Shown: positions 1-11,346 of the stretch, in pieces
Position numbering within the stretch: the first letter of the stretch is position 1
Layout: each line of letters starts with the position of its first letter
Source: Eubacteriales bacterium
GTDB taxonomy: Bacteria; Bacillota; Clostridia; Peptostreptococcales; Anaerovoracaceae
DNA: 64,000 bases
Assembly: GCA_028872475.1 (NCBI GenBank)
Contig: JAQYMQ010000013.1
Coordinates: 35,407-99,406 of the forward strand
Direction: 5' to 3'
Notes under the pieces: generated by a model
What the model was told of the DNA's origin: nothing
The model's input: the letters and a program-made list of their open reading frames with translations, nothing else
Database searches by the model: none
Made by a program: the position numbers and the translations under genes

Positions 1-244
1 TTCAGAACATGCAAATATCAACATTGGTAAAGCCGGCAGAAAGAGACACATGGGTATAAGACCTACAGTTAGAGGTTCTGTAATGAACCCTAATGATCAC
101 CCACACGGTGGTGGTGAAGGTAGAACAGGTATCGGTAGAGTTAGTCCTGTTACTCCATGGGGTAAACCTGCACTTGGATATAAGACAAGAAAGAACAAGA
201 AGGCTTCTGATAAGCTGATAGTTAAACGTAGGAATGCAAAATAG
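1..244 (+). CDS. rplB: 50S ribosomal protein L2, 3' end (partial)
   Basis: [22 protein letters not shown] motif, typical L2 C-terminus; runs off the window start. Confidence 0.98.
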   Translation, partial: SEHANINIGKAGRKRHMGIRPTVRGSVMNPNDHPHGGGEGRTGIGRVSPVTPWGKPALGYKTRKNKKASDKLIVKRRNAK

Positions 245-263
245 GAGAAAGGAGCAATAGATA

Positions 264-536
264 ATGGGTAGATCACTTAAAAAGGGACCTTTTGTCAATG
301 CGAAACTCATCAAGGCAATTGAAGAGATGAATGCAGCAAACGAAAAAAAGGTTATTAAAACTTGGTCAAGACCATCTACTATATTTCCTCAGATGGTAGG
401 ACATACTATCGCAGTACATGACGGTAGAAAGCACGTTCCTGTATACATCACAGAGGATATGGTAGGTCACAGACTTGGAGAATTTGCTCCAACTAGAAAT
501 TATAGAGGCCATGCAGCCGACAAGAAATCCAGATAG
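264..536 (+). CDS. rpsS: 30S ribosomal protein S19
   Basis: [10 protein letters not shown]...KTWSR...[18 protein letters not shown]; S10 operon order. Confidence 0.98.
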   Translation: MGRSLKKGPFVNAKLIKAIEEMNAANEKKVIKTWSRPSTIFPQMVGHTIAVHDGRKHVPVYITEDMVGHRLGEFAPTRNYRGHAADKKSR

Positions 537-550
537 GAGAGGAGATTAAA

Positions 551-904
551 ATGGAAGCAAAAGCAGTTGCTAAATACGTAAGAATGTCTCCAATCAAGCT
601 AAAGCCTGTTACTGACTTAGTTAGAGGCAAGGATTTGCAGGAGGCATTAACAATACTAAGATTTACTCCGGGTAAGGGAGCAGAATTAGTAGAAAAAGTT
701 GTTAAATCTGCTGCAGCTAATGCGGAGAACAACTTTGAAATGAATGTAGATGATTTATACGTTGCAGAAATCTGTATAAATCAGGGACCTACAATGAAGA
801 GATGGAGAGCTGGTGCTCAGGGCAGAGCTTCTATCATCCTTAAGAGAAGCAGTCATATCAATGTTACTCTTAAAGAAAAAAATACAGATAAGGAGGTTCA
901 ATAA
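551..904 (+). CDS. rplV: 50S ribosomal protein L22
   Basis: [10 protein letters not shown]...SAAANAENN...[15 protein letters not shown]; synteny. Confidence 0.98.
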   Translation: MEAKAVAKYVRMSPIKLKPVTDLVRGKDLQEALTILRFTPGKGAELVEKVVKSAAANAENNFEMNVDDLYVAEICINQGPTMKRWRAGAQGRASIILKRSSHINVTLKEKNTDKEVQ

Positions 905-1758
905 TGGGTCAGAAAGTAAGTCCACACGGTCTTAGAGTCGGCGTTATAAAGGACTGGGGTTCTAAATGGTATGCTGATAAGAGCAAATTCGCAGACTACC
1001 TAGTAGAAGACAAAGATATTAGAACCTTCGTTAAGAAAAAGCTTTATACAGCTGGTATTTCTAAGGTTGTTATTGAAAGAACTGAAGAAAGCAAGGTTAA
1101 GGTTATTATCTCAACAGGTAGACCCGGTATGCTTATCGGTAGATCTGGTGAAGGTATCGACCAGCTTAAGAAAGACTTAGGCAAGTTAACTAATAAGACT
1201 GTAGATATAGAAATTATAGAAGTTAAGAGAGCAGAATTAGATGCACAGCTTACAGCTGAAAGCATTGCTCAGGCTCTTGAAAAGAGAGTTGCTTTTAGAA
1301 GAGCTATGAAACAGGCTATCGGTAGAACTATGAAAGCTAATGCAAAGGGTATTAAGGTGTTAGTGTCAGGAAGACTTGGCGGAGCTGAAATCGCTAGAAG
1401 CGAATCTTACAGCGAAGGTAATGTTCCTCTACATACATTAAGAGCAAATATCGATTATGCATTTGCTGAAGCAGATACTACTTACGGTAAGTTAGGTATC
1501 AAAGTTTGGATTAACCACGGTGAAATCCTAGATAAGGGATTAACTAGCGTAATCAGAGAAGAAAAATCTGAAGGCAGAAAAAATGATAAGCAGAGAGGCA
1601 AGAAATCTGGCGATAAGAGACAGAAGAGACAGCCTCGTGACAATAAGCCTGAAATTAAGAGAGCTGAAAATGTAAGAGTTAGACCAACTCCAAAGGCAGC
1701 TGAACCACAGGTTGAAGTAAGTGCTGAAACACCAGTAGAAGCACCAGTAGAAGAATAA
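904..1758 (+). CDS. rpsC: 30S ribosomal protein S3 with charged C-terminal extension
   Basis: [13 protein letters not shown]...[12 protein letters not shown]...[12 protein letters not shown]; synteny. Confidence 0.98.
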   Translation: MGQKVSPHGLRVGVIKDWGSKWYADKSKFADYLVEDKDIRTFVKKKLYTAGISKVVIERTEESKVKVIISTGRPGMLIGRSGEGIDQLKKDLGKLTNKTVDIEIIEVKRAELDAQLTAESIAQALEKRVAFRRAMKQAIGRTMKANAKGIKVLVSGRLGGAEIARSESYSEGNVPLHTLRANIDYAFAEADTTYGKLGIKVWINHGEILDKGLTSVIREEKSEGRKNDKQRGKKSGDKRQKRQPRDNKPEIKRAENVRVRPTPKAAEPQVEVSAETPVEAPVEE

Positions 1759-1778
1759 CAAGTAAGGAGGAAAGAGCC

Positions 1779-2210
1779 ATGTTAATGCCAAAGCGCGTTA
1801 AACGAAGAAAGCTTCATAGAGGAAGAATGAACGGTAAAGCGACTCGTGGTAACAAGATCGCTTACGGACAATATGGATTAGTAGCTCTAGAGCCTGCTTG
1901 GATCACTTCAAACCAGATAGAAGCAGCCAGAATAGCTATGACAAGACATATTAAAAGAGGTGGTAAAGTTTATATTCAGATTTTCCCACACAAGTCAGTA
2001 ACAAAGAAACCTGCAGAAGTAAGAATGGGATCCGGTAAAGGTTCTCCAGAATACTGGGTAGCAGTAGTAAAACCAGGCAGAGTAATGTTTGAAATTGAAG
2101 GAGTTAGCGAGTCTTTAGCTAGAGAAGCTATGAGAAAGGCTAGCCACAAGCTTCCTATCAAGTGTAAGTTCATTACAAAGGATGAGGAAGGAAAGGATGG
2201 TGAGGCATAA
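1779..2210 (+). CDS. rplP: 50S ribosomal protein L16
   Basis: [11 protein letters not shown]...[19 protein letters not shown]. Confidence 0.98.
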   Translation: MLMPKRVKRRKLHRGRMNGKATRGNKIAYGQYGLVALEPAWITSNQIEAARIAMTRHIKRGGKVYIQIFPHKSVTKKPAEVRMGSGKGSPEYWVAVVKPGRVMFEIEGVSESLAREAMRKASHKLPIKCKFITKDEEGKDGEA

Positions 2211-2413
2211 TGGAACTAAATAAGATTAGAGAAATGTCTGAAGTAGAACTAAATGCTGAGCTATTAAAGATGAAGAAAGATTTAATGAATCTAAGATTTC
2301 AGCATGTTACTGGTCAGCTAGAAAATCCACTTAAGCTAAAAGAAGCTAAGAGAGATATTGCTAGAGTTATGACAGTTATAAGAGAAAAACAGTTAGCACA
2401 GGAAGATAAATAA
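2210..2413 (+). CDS. rpmC: 50S ribosomal protein L29
   Basis: [13 protein letters not shown]...RDIARVMT; synteny. Confidence 0.97.
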   Translation: MELNKIREMSEVELNAELLKMKKDLMNLRFQHVTGQLENPLKLKEAKRDIARVMTVIREKQLAQEDK

Positions 2414-2430
2414 GGAAGGAGGATGACATT

Positions 2431-2691
2431 ATGACAGTTGAAAGAAATAATAGAAAAACAAGAGTTGGTATTGTTATCAGCGATAAGATGGATAAGACAA
2501 TAACAGTTGCAGTAGAAGACTTCGTAAGACATTCTCTTTATGGCAAAGCTGTAAAAACAACAAAGAAGATTAAAGCTCACGATGAAGAAAATACTTGTAA
2601 CATCGGAGATAAGGTAAGAATTATGGAAACAAGACCTCTATCAAAGGATAAGAGATGGAGACTTGTTAACATTATCGAGAAGGTTAAATAA
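2431..2691 (+). CDS. rpsQ: 30S ribosomal protein S17
   Basis: [12 protein letters not shown]...[13 protein letters not shown]. Confidence 0.98.
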   Translation: MTVERNNRKTRVGIVISDKMDKTITVAVEDFVRHSLYGKAVKTTKKIKAHDEENTCNIGDKVRIMETRPLSKDKRWRLVNIIEKVK

Positions 2692-2704
2692 GGAGGCACC
2701 GTAA

Positions 2705-3073
2705 ATGATTCAGACAGAAACAAGATTAAAAGTCGCTGATAATTCAGGTGCAAAGGAACTATTATGTATCAGAATATTAGGTGGTACTAGCAGAAAGTCT
2801 GCTAATATTGGTGACATTATAGTTTGTGCCGTAAAAGAAGCTTCTCCGGGTGGTACCGTTAAGAAGGGCGACGTAGTAAAGGCAGTTATCGTAAGATCAA
2901 ATAGTGGCGTTAGAAGAGATGACGGAAGCTATGTGAAATTCGATCAGAATGCTGCTGTTGTTATCAAAGAAGATAAGAATCCAGTTGGAACTCGTATTTT
3001 TGGACCTGTAGCTAGAGAACTTAGAGACAAAGGCTATATGAAGATAGTGTCATTGGCACCGGAAGTACTATAG
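2705..3073 (+). CDS. rplN: 50S ribosomal protein L14
   Basis: [17 protein letters not shown]...[13 protein letters not shown]...SLAPEVL. Confidence 0.99.
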   Translation: MIQTETRLKVADNSGAKELLCIRILGGTSRKSANIGDIIVCAVKEASPGGTVKKGDVVKAVIVRSNSGVRRDDGSYVKFDQNAAVVIKEDKNPVGTRIFGPVARELRDKGYMKIVSLAPEVL

Positions 3074-3086
3074 GAGGGCTTACAGG

Positions 3087-3392
3087 ATGAAGATTAAAAA
3101 AGGTGATACAGTAATTGTAATTGCTGGTAAAGATAAGGGTAAAAAGGGTGAAGTTATCAAAGCTATGCCTAAGACAAATAAGGTAATAGTTGAAGGCGTT
3201 AATGTTCAGACTAAGCACCAAAAGCAGACAAGAACTGCGGCAGCTGAGATTAAGCACCAGGAAGGCCCAATCGACGTTTCAAATGTAATGTACTATGATT
3301 CAAAAGCTAAGGCTGCATCAAGAATTGGCTTTGAGATGGACGGAGATAAAAAAGTAAGAGTTGCTAAAAAGAGTGGCAGCAAGATTGATTAA
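3087..3392 (+). CDS. rplX: 50S ribosomal protein L24
   Basis: [21 protein letters not shown] motif; synteny. Confidence 0.98.
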   Translation: MKIKKGDTVIVIAGKDKGKKGEVIKAMPKTNKVIVEGVNVQTKHQKQTRTAAAEIKHQEGPIDVSNVMYYDSKAKAASRIGFEMDGDKKVRVAKKSGSKID

Positions 3393-3409
3393 GGAAAGGA
3401 GGAGACGGT

Positions 3410-3952
3410 TTGACAGCTAATTTAAAAGAAAAGTACAATAGCGAAGTATTCAAGGCTATGCAGGACAAATTTGGTTATTCAAATGTTATGCAGGTTCCAA
3501 AGCTTGAAAAAGTTACAATTAATATTGGTTTAGGACAGGCTAAAGACAATGCAAAGCTTTTAGAAACTACTATTGAAGAGTTAAAGGTTATAACAGGACA
3601 AAGACCGGTTGTGACAAGAGCAAAGAAGTCAATTGCGAACTTTAAAGTAAGACAGGGAATGCCTGTTGGTGCAAAGGTTACACTACGTGGCGATAACATG
3701 TATGTATTCGTTGAAAAGTTCTTCAATATCGCTCTTCCTAGAGTGAGAGACTTTAAGGGAGTAAGTGCAAATGCATTTGATGGTAGAGGTAACTACTCTA
3801 TGGGTATCAAAGAACAACTTATTTTCCCAGAAATTAATTATGATAAGGTTGACCTTATCAAGGGTATGAACATCGTATTTACAACAACGGCTAAAACAGA
3901 TGAAGAAGCTTTAGAACTTCTAAAACTTCTAGGAATGCCGTTTGAAAAGTAG
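3410..3952 (+). CDS. rplE: 50S ribosomal protein L5 (TTG start)
   Basis: [12 protein letters not shown]...KVTLRG...LPRVRDFKG...FDGRGNY. Confidence 0.98.
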   Translation: MTANLKEKYNSEVFKAMQDKFGYSNVMQVPKLEKVTINIGLGQAKDNAKLLETTIEELKVITGQRPVVTRAKKSIANFKVRQGMPVGAKVTLRGDNMYVFVEKFFNIALPRVRDFKGVSANAFDGRGNYSMGIKEQLIFPEINYDKVDLIKGMNIVFTTTAKTDEEALELLKLLGMPFEK

Positions 3953-3962
3953 GAGGCGTTTA

Positions 3963-4148
3963 ATGGCTAAGAAATCGTTGAAAGTAAAACAGCAAAGAAA
4001 GCCTAAGTTTTCTACGAGGGCTTATACTAGATGTAAGGTTTGCGGAAGACCTCATTCAGTATTAAAGAAATATGGTATTTGCCGTATTTGTTTCAGAGAA
4101 CTTGCTTATAAGGGAGAAATTCCTGGCGTAAGAAAAGCAAGCTGGTAG
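3963..4148 (+). CDS. rpsZ: 30S ribosomal protein S14, zinc-binding type Z
   Basis: RCKVCGRPH...[10 protein letters not shown], 61 aa from ATG 3963 (ORF track start extended upstream). Confidence 0.97.
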   Translation: MAKKSLKVKQQRKPKFSTRAYTRCKVCGRPHSVLKKYGICRICFRELAYKGEIPGVRKASW

Positions 4149-4207
4149 TTAATTCACATTTACTAAGTTGCAAAGAGCAAAACTGGTAGAGGAAGGAGAA
4201 AACTCTA

Positions 4208-4606
4208 ATGACAATGACAGATCCAATAGCGGATATGCTAACAAGAATTAGAAATGCAAACACTGTAGGAATCGCTACAGTGGAAATTCCTGCTTCTAAG
4301 ATCAAAAAGTCTATTGCAGAAATTCTTTTACACGAAGGATTCATCAATGGATTTGAACAGATTGAAGATGGTAAACAGGGAATTATCAAGGTGGCTATGA
4401 AATATGGTCCATCTGGTGAAAAAGTTATTAACGGCATCAAGAAAATATCTAAGCCGGGATTAAAAGTATACGCAAAGGCTAACGAAGTACCTAAGGTATT
4501 GGGCGGTCTAGGTATAGCTATCGTTTCTACATCAAAGGGAGTAATTAGCGACAAAGAAGCTAGAAAACTTGGTGTAGGTGGCGAAGTAATTTGTTATGTT
4601 TGGTAG
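4208..4606 (+). CDS. rpsH: 30S ribosomal protein S8
   Basis: [15 protein letters not shown]...ISKPGLKVY...GGEVICYVW. Confidence 0.99.
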   Translation: MTMTDPIADMLTRIRNANTVGIATVEIPASKIKKSIAEILLHEGFINGFEQIEDGKQGIIKVAMKYGPSGEKVINGIKKISKPGLKVYAKANEVPKVLGGLGIAIVSTSKGVISDKEARKLGVGGEVICYVW

Positions 4607-4616
4607 GAGGTAGAAC

Positions 4617-5162
4617 ATGTCACGAATTGGACTAAAACCTGTTAATCTTCCTGCTGGCTTATAATTTAAAATCGACGCTAACGTAGTAACTGTAAAAGGA
4701 CCTAAGGGTGAATTACAGCAGGCTATAAGCGATAGATTAACAGTATCTGTAGAAGAAACTGAAGTTAAGGTTGCAAGACCTACAGATAGCAAAACAGACA
4801 AGGCTCAGCACGGGCTTGCAAGAACATTGATTGCTAACATGATTGAAGGTGTTACTCAGGGTTTTACAAAGACTTTAGAGTTAAACGGTGTTGGCTACAA
4901 GGTTGATAAAAAGGGCGATACATTAGTTATGCACCTAGGATTATCTCATCCGGTAGAGATGAAGGATCCTGAAGGAATAACAACAGAAGTTACTAAAGAG
5001 GGATTAATCAACGTTACAGGATGTGACAAGGCTAAAGTAGGTAACTATGCAGCTAACATCAGATCTTGGAGAAAACCTGAACCTTACAAGGGCAAGGGTA
5101 TCAAGTACGTTGGAGAAGTTATCCGTCGTAAAGAAGGTAAATCTGGAGCTAAAGGTAAGTAA
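4617..5162 (+). CDS. rplF: 50S ribosomal protein L6, interrupted by an in-frame TAA at codon 16 (4662-4664)
   Basis: ATG 4617 after AGGAGG gives [32 protein letters not shown]..., in frame with ORF 4827-5162 (RKPEPYKGKGI). Confidence 0.93.
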
Positions 5163-5180
5163 AGAAAGGAGTAAAAAGAC

Positions 5181-5540
5181 ATGGCTAAAGAAACTAGAAA
5201 AGCTAGAAGAGTTAAAAGACACTCTAGAATTAGAAAAGATGTTTTTGGTACTCCTCAAAAGCCTAGAATGTGCGTTTTTAGAAGTAACAAGAACATTACA
5301 GTTCAGATTATTGATGATGTAAACAACACTACATTAGTAGCTGCATCATCTTTAGAAAAAGATCTAGCAATCGAAAATGGTGGTAACAAAGAGGGCGCTA
5401 GAAAAATTGGTGAAGTTGTAGGAAAAAGAGCGGTAGAAAAGGGCATCGAAGCTGTTTGCTTTGACAGAGCTGGATTCTTATATCACGGCAGAGTTAAAGA
5501 AGTAGCTGACGGAGCTCGTGAAGCTGGACTTAAGTTCTAA
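5181..5540 (+). CDS. rplR: 50S ribosomal protein L18
   Basis: RMCVFRSNKNI...FDRAGFLYHGRVK. Confidence 0.98.
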   Translation: MAKETRKARRVKRHSRIRKDVFGTPQKPRMCVFRSNKNITVQIIDDVNNTTLVAASSLEKDLAIENGGNKEGARKIGEVVGKRAVEKGIEAVCFDRAGFLYHGRVKEVADGAREAGLKF

Positions 5541-5552
5541 TGGAGGTAGACG

Positions 5553-6056
5553 ATGAACAATAAAATTGATGCAACCAAAATGGAATTGCAAGAAACTATC
5601 GTAAACATTAGACGTGTTGCTAAAACTGTAAAAGGTGGTAGAAACATGAGGTTTAGCGTTACGATGGTAGTTGGCGACGGCAACGGTCATGTAGGTGTTG
5701 GTCTAGGTAAGGCTCAGGAAATTCCTGAAGCTGTTAGAAAAGCTACTGAAGATGCTAAGAAAAAGATGATAGAAGTTCCTATGGTTGGAACTACAGTACC
5801 TCATCAGAATGTTGGTATATTTGGCGCTGGTAAAGTGTTAATCATGCCTGCTGCAAAGGGTACAGGTGTTATTGCTGGTTCTTCTGTAAGAACAGTTTTA
5901 GAACATGCCGGTATCAAGGATGTGCGTGCTAAGTCTATCGGATCAAGTAATACTGCTAATATGGCTTATGCTACAATTGAAGGTCTAAAAGGACTATTTA
6001 CAGTTGAAAAGGTTGCAAAACTAAGAGGCAAGTCAAAAGAAGAAATTTTAGGATAG
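5553..6056 (+). CDS. rpsE: 30S ribosomal protein S5
   Basis: [16 protein letters not shown]...[16 protein letters not shown]. Confidence 0.98.
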   Translation: MNNKIDATKMELQETIVNIRRVAKTVKGGRNMRFSVTMVVGDGNGHVGVGLGKAQEIPEAVRKATEDAKKKMIEVPMVGTTVPHQNVGIFGAGKVLIMPAAKGTGVIAGSSVRTVLEHAGIKDVRAKSIGSSNTANMAYATIEGLKGLFTVEKVAKLRGKSKEEILG

Positions 6057-6069
6057 GAGGAAGCGAAAG

Positions 6070-6252
6070 ATGTCAAAAAAGATAAAGATTACTTTAACTA
6101 AGAGTACAATCGGAGCTTCTCCAAGACAGAGAAAAGTTGTAGAAGCTTTAGGTTTAAGAAAATTAAACCAGTCAGTAGAACTTATAGACAACGAAGTTAC
6201 TAGAGGTTCTGTAAATAAGGTTCCGCACCTGCTTACTGTAGAAGAAATATAG
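6070..6252 (+). CDS. rpmD: 50S ribosomal protein L30
   Basis: [10 protein letters not shown]...[11 protein letters not shown]; synteny. Confidence 0.97.
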   Translation: MSKKIKITLTKSTIGASPRQRKVVEALGLRKLNQSVELIDNEVTRGSVNKVPHLLTVEEI

Positions 6253-6268
6253 AAGGGAGGATGCGAAG

Positions 6269-6709
6269 ATGAAATTACACGAATTTACAGCAGTTGCTGG
6301 ATCTACTAAAAATCGTAAGAGAAGAGGTAGAGGTACAGCTACTGGACAGGGTAAGACAAGTGGTAGAGGTATGAATGGTCAGAACTCAAGATCAGGTGGT
6401 GGTACAAGACCTGGTTTTGAAGGTGGTCAGATGCCTTTATACAGAAGAGTGCCAAAGAGAGGCTTCAACAATAAGTGGAGAAAAGAATTCGAAACAGTTA
6501 ATGTTGAACAGCTAAATAGATTTGAAAATGGTACTGTTGTTACTCCGGAATTACTTATTGAATGTGGTCTTGTAAAACAAGTACAGGATGGTATTAAGAT
6601 TCTAGGTAATGGTAACATTGAAAAGAATCTAACAGTACAGGCTAATAAGTTTACAGGTGCAGCTTTAGAAAAAATCGAAGCTGCTGGTGGAAAGGCACAG
6701 GTAATTTAG
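6269..6709 (+). CDS. rplO: 50S ribosomal protein L15
   Basis: [17 protein letters not shown]...[18 protein letters not shown]. Confidence 0.98.
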   Translation: MKLHEFTAVAGSTKNRKRRGRGTATGQGKTSGRGMNGQNSRSGGGTRPGFEGGQMPLYRRVPKRGFNNKWRKEFETVNVEQLNRFENGTVVTPELLIECGLVKQVQDGIKILGNGNIEKNLTVQANKFTGAALEKIEAAGGKAQVI

Positions 6710-6710
6710 G

Positions 6711-7997
6711 ATGAAAGGACTGGAGACACTATCAAAAGCATGGAAGATTCCGGATATTAGAGGAAAAATGATTTTTACCTTGCTAATGTTGGTAATCTTC
6801 AGGATTGGCTCTAATATACCAGTTCCGGGTATTAACAGACAGATTTTAAATGATGCATTTGCAAGTGGTAATAATGGTCTGATGGATTTATTCAACCTGT
6901 TTTCAGGTGGAGCTTTTGGGCAGATGACAATATTTGCCCTAAGTATTACTCCATATATCACAGCATCTATCATTATGCAATTACTTACAATTGCTATTCC
7001 GTCGCTTGAGACGATGGCTAGAGAAGGTCTTGAAGGTAGAAAAAAGATTACTCGTATTACTAGATATATGACAGTAGTTTTAGCGCTTATTCAGGCAACA
7101 GGTACTACAATCGGTATGTTTAGTAGCGCACTTATCAGCAAGGGATTCTTCTCAGTAGCATTAATTGTTGTTGTACTTACTGCAGGTACTGCATTTCTTA
7201 TGTGGCTTGGAGAGAAAATTAATGAAAGTGGTATTGGCAATGGTATTTCACTAATTATCTTTGCAGGTATCGTTTCTCGTCTGCCATTAGGATTAAATAG
7301 TATTTGGATTAAACTTCAGGAAGGTTCAATCAGCTATGTAACAGTGGGTATATTCGTAGTATTTGCTGTATTAGTAATTGTAGGAATTATCGAAATCCAG
7401 CAGGGTGCTAGAAAGATTCCAGTACAATATGCTAAGAGAGTAGTTGGAAGAAAAATGTACGGTGGTCAAGCTACACATATTCCTTTGAAAGTAAATCAGG
7501 CTGGTGTAATTCCAGTAATATTCTCACTTTCATTGTTGCAGTTCCCACTTACAATTACATATTTCATGGGTGCAAACTCATCAGCTTCTCAGTGGATAAC
7601 AAAATGGTTATCTCCAATGGGATCTCCAGGGGTAATCGTTTATGCATCGTTTAACATATTGTTGATAATATTCTTTACATATTTCTATACGACAATTACA
7701 TTTAATCCACTTGAGGTGGCAAACCAGATGAAGGCAAACGGTGGTTTCATTCCAGGTATTAGACCGGGTACAGCTACTACTGAATACTTAAACAAAGTAA
7801 TGAGTCGTATAACATTTGTAGGAGCAATATTCCTAGCGGCGGTTGCAACATTACCGACAATAGTTTCTCAGATTATTGACGTAAATATCGCATTTGGTGG
7901 AACATCACTACTAATTGCTGTAGGTGTCAGCTTGGATACTATGAAGAAGCTGGAAGAACAGATGGTTATGAGAAATTACCAAGGATTTTTAGGATAG
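6711..7997 (+). CDS. secY: Preprotein translocase subunit SecY
   Basis: Multi-TM; ALSITPYITASII, WLGEKINESGIGNGISLIIF, FGGTSLLIAVGV. Confidence 0.99.
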   Translation: MKGLETLSKAWKIPDIRGKMIFTLLMLVIFRIGSNIPVPGINRQILNDAFASGNNGLMDLFNLFSGGAFGQMTIFALSITPYITASIIMQLLTIAIPSLETMAREGLEGRKKITRITRYMTVVLALIQATGTTIGMFSSALISKGFFSVALIVVVLTAGTAFLMWLGEKINESGIGNGISLIIFAGIVSRLPLGLNSIWIKLQEGSISYVTVGIFVVFAVLVIVGIIEIQQGARKIPVQYAKRVVGRKMYGGQATHIPLKVNQAGVIPVIFSLSLLQFPLTITYFMGANSSASQWITKWLSPMGSPGVIVYASFNILLIIFFTYFYTTITFNPLEVANQMKANGGFIPGIRPGTATTEYLNKVMSRITFVGAIFLAAVATLPTIVSQIIDVNIAFGGTSLLIAVGVSLDTMKKLEEQMVMRNYQGFLG

Positions 7998-8046
7998 AAT
8001 ATAATCCTTTAACTAGAAATCCCTTTAATTGAAAAAGGAGATAGAT

Positions 8047-8688
8047 ATGAATTTAATATTATTAGGGCCACCAGGAGCAGGTAAAGGTACTCAGGCAGCA
8101 ATGATTGTTGACAAGTATCAGATACCACATATATCCACTGGAGATATATTCAGAAAGAATATAAGCGAAGGTACAGCTTTAGGAATTAAGGCGAAAGAAT
8201 ATATGGATAGAGGCGAATTAGTGCCTAATAGTCTAGTTATTGAAATAGCTACTGATAGATTAGGTGAGGACGATTGTAAAGATGGTTTCTTGCTAGATGG
8301 TTTCCCAAGAACTGTGGAGCAAGCAGTAGCCCTTGATGCATATCTAAGAGAGACCGATAGAAAAATTGATTACGTTCTTGATATAGATGTTGATAAGGAA
8401 TTATTAGTAGAAAGAATTATTGGAAGAAGAGTTTGTGCAGATTGCGGAGCAAGTTTCCACGTTACCAATATGCCACCTAAAGAGGAAGGCGTTTGTGATA
8501 GATGTCAGGGGCAGCTAAAACAGAGAAATGATGATAACGCAGAAACAGCTAATAATCGTATTGAAGTTTACAACAAACAGACTAAACCACTTCTTGACTA
8601 CTACGATAAATTAGGCAATATAGTTCATTTAGATGGTTCAAAAAACTTAAATGATTTGTTCAAAGAAATCGTAGAAGTGTTAGAATAA
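8047..8688 (+). CDS. adk: Adenylate kinase (zinc-lid type)
   Basis: GPPGAGKGTQ P-loop, HISTGDIFR, LLDGFPRT, CxxC...CxxC lid; ATG 8047 after AAAGGAG. Confidence 0.98.
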   Translation: MNLILLGPPGAGKGTQAAMIVDKYQIPHISTGDIFRKNISEGTALGIKAKEYMDRGELVPNSLVIEIATDRLGEDDCKDGFLLDGFPRTVEQAVALDAYLRETDRKIDYVLDIDVDKELLVERIIGRRVCADCGASFHVTNMPPKEEGVCDRCQGQLKQRNDDNAETANNRIEVYNKQTKPLLDYYDKLGNIVHLDGSKNLNDLFKEIVEVLE

Positions 8689-8702
8689 TCGTAGGAATTA
8701 AA

Positions 8703-9449
8703 ATGATTATAATTAAATCCGAAAAAGAAATAGAAATAATGCGTACAGCAGCAAAAGTTACTGCTGAAGTATTAGTAGAACTAGAGAATTTTATAAAGCC
8801 GGGTATGTCGACAGCAGATATTGATAAGTTTGTAGAGGACTATATCGTAGGCAAAGGTATGTATCCGACTTTTAAAAATCTTTATGGCTTTCCGGCAAGC
8901 GCTTGTATATCTGTAAATGAAGAAATTGTTCACGGTATTCCTTCAAAAGATAGAATCTTAGTTGAGGGTGATATCGTAAGTGTGGATGTTGGTTCTACAT
9001 ATGAGGGTTATGTAAGCGATGCAGCAAGAACTTATCCTGTGGGTAAGATTTCAAAAGAGGCACAAAAATTAATAGATGTGGCTAAGAGTAGTTTTTTTGC
9101 AGGACTTGAGTTTTGTAGGGAAGGATATAGATTGTCAGATGTGTCCCATGCAATCCAAGTGGAAGTTGAAAGTAACGGTTTTGGAGTAATTAGAGATTAT
9201 ACAGGTCACGGTGTTGGTAGAAACTTGCACGAAGATCCAAAGATTCCAAACTATGGCAAACCTGGTAAGGGTCCAAGACTGCAGAGAGGAATGACTCTTG
9301 CAATTGAGCCTATGATTACTCAGGGAAGTTATGAAACCGAAGTTCTTTTAAATGATTGGACTGTGGTTACACTCGATGGTAAGCTATCAGCACATTATGA
9401 GAACACAGTACTTATAACAGATGGTGAGCCTGAGTTGCTTACTATGTAA
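8703..9449 (+). CDS. map: Methionine aminopeptidase type I
   Basis: CISVNEEIVHGIP, GHGVGRNLHEDP, AIEPM, SAHYENT. Confidence 0.98.
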   Translation: MIIIKSEKEIEIMRTAAKVTAEVLVELENFIKPGMSTADIDKFVEDYIVGKGMYPTFKNLYGFPASACISVNEEIVHGIPSKDRILVEGDIVSVDVGSTYEGYVSDAARTYPVGKISKEAQKLIDVAKSSFFAGLEFCREGYRLSDVSHAIQVEVESNGFGVIRDYTGHGVGRNLHEDPKIPNYGKPGKGPRLQRGMTLAIEPMITQGSYETEVLLNDWTVVTLDGKLSAHYENTVLITDGEPELLTM

Positions 9450-9465
9450 AGAGGTATAATGGATT

Positions 9466-9811
<346 letters not shown>

Positions 9812-9909
9812 GAACAGGAATCTGTTCACAAAAGTTATTAACTTATTTAGAACATCCCGTTTATATTACGCAAAAGTGTGTGACGGAAGATGGGAAGAGG
9901 AGGAAGAGT

Positions 9910-10278
9910 ATGGCTCGTATAGCCGGAGTTGACTTACCTAGAGATAAAAGGTTAGACATTGGTTTAACATATATCTATGGTATTGGAAGACCGACAGCAA
10001 AAGTTATAATCGAAAAAGCAGGATTAGATCCAGCTTTAAGAATTAAAGATTTGTCGGAAGATGATGCAGGTAAAATCAGACAGGTATTAGAAAATGAATA
10101 CCTAGTTGAGGGTGACCTAAGAAGAGAAGTCTCTATGAATATTAAGAGACTTATGGAAATTGGATGTTATAGAGGTATTCGTCATAGAAGAGGACTTCCT
10201 GTAAGAGGTCAGAAAACTAAGACAAATGCTAGAACTAGAAAAGGTCCTAAGAGGACTGTAGCAAGAAAGAAAAAGTAA
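9910..10278 (+). CDS. rpsM: 30S ribosomal protein S13
   Basis: [10 protein letters not shown]...[26 protein letters not shown]; ATG 9910. Confidence 0.98.
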   Translation: MARIAGVDLPRDKRLDIGLTYIYGIGRPTAKVIIEKAGLDPALRIKDLSEDDAGKIRQVLENEYLVEGDLRREVSMNIKRLMEIGCYRGIRHRRGLPVRGQKTKTNARTRKGPKRTVARKKK

Positions 10279-10293
10279 AGGAGGTAGTAAATA

Positions 10294-10692
10294 ATGGCTA
10301 AAGTTGCAAAGAAAACAGTAAGAAAAAAGAGAAAAGTTAGCAAAAACGTTGAAAAAGGCCAAGCACATATTCAGTCTACCTTCAACAATACGCTTGTTAC
10401 ATTAACAGATATGCACGGAAATGCACTGTCTTGGTCAAGTGCAGGTTCTCTAGGTTTTAGAGGATCTAGAAAGTCTACTCCATTCGCAGCACAGATGGCA
10501 GCAGAAACTGCAGCTAAGGGCGCAATGGAACACGGATTAAAGACAGTTGAAGTATATGTAAAGGGTCCAGGTTCTGGTAGAGAAGCTGCTATTAGAGCAC
10601 TTCAGGCTGCAGGGCTTAATATTACTTTAATCAAGGATATTACTCCATTACCACATAATGGATGTAGACCACCTAAGAAGAGAAGAGTATAA
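10294..10692 (+). CDS. rpsK: 30S ribosomal protein S11
   Basis: STFNNT...[13 protein letters not shown]...[13 protein letters not shown]. Confidence 0.99.
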   Translation: MAKVAKKTVRKKRKVSKNVEKGQAHIQSTFNNTLVTLTDMHGNALSWSSAGSLGFRGSRKSTPFAAQMAAETAAKGAMEHGLKTVEVYVKGPGSGREAAIRALQAAGLNITLIKDITPLPHNGCRPPKKRRV

Positions 10693-10710
10693 GAGAAGGG
10701 AGGATAAGAT

Positions 10711-11298
10711 ATGGCAGTTAATAAGCAACCAGTGCTAAAAAGATGTAGAACTCTTGGTATAGATCCAAGCCATCTTGGTATTTATAAGACATCAAAGAGA
10801 ACATTACAAAGAGGCAGAGGCAAGAAGAGCGAATATGCTATTCAGTTACAGGAAAAGCAGAGAGCAAAGTTTATTTACGGTATGTTAGAAAAGCAGTTTA
10901 GAAACATGTTTGAAAAAGCTGCTAAGAAGCCAGGTCAGGCGGGTGAAAACTTGCTAATCATGCTTGAGCAGAGACTAGACAACGTAATTTACAGACTTGG
11001 ACTAGCATTCACAAGAAGAGAAGCTAGACAGCTTGTAACTCACGGACATTTTACTGTAAATGGCAAGAAGATTGATATCCCTTCTTATCAAGTAAAAGAG
11101 GGAGATGTAATCAAAGTTAAAGAAAAGAGTACATCATCTCCTAAATTTAAGGAAATCAAGGAAATGCAGGTTGGAACTCCAGCATGGTTATCTGTAGATA
11201 GAGATAAATTAGAAGGTAAGGTTCTTGCAGCTCCTACAAGAGATCAGATTGATACTCCTGTAGAAGAGCGTCTAATCGTAGAATTGTACTCTAAATAA
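10711..11298 (+). CDS. rpsD: 30S ribosomal protein S4
   Basis: [18 protein letters not shown]...[13 protein letters not shown]...ARQLVTHGH. Confidence 0.97.
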   Translation: MAVNKQPVLKRCRTLGIDPSHLGIYKTSKRTLQRGRGKKSEYAIQLQEKQRAKFIYGMLEKQFRNMFEKAAKKPGQAGENLLIMLEQRLDNVIYRLGLAFTRREARQLVTHGHFTVNGKKIDIPSYQVKEGDVIKVKEKSTSSPKFKEIKEMQVGTPAWLSVDRDKLEGKVLAAPTRDQIDTPVEERLIVELYSK

Positions 11299-11346
11299 CA
11301 ATTATATAAGTGATATAATTTTGTTATTTATTAAAAGGAGGTTACA

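Noticed and set aside
4149-4207. Possible hairpin between rpsZ and rpsH as an S8-binding leader
   Set aside because: Pairing is weak and bulged; cannot be distinguished from chance without covariation data.
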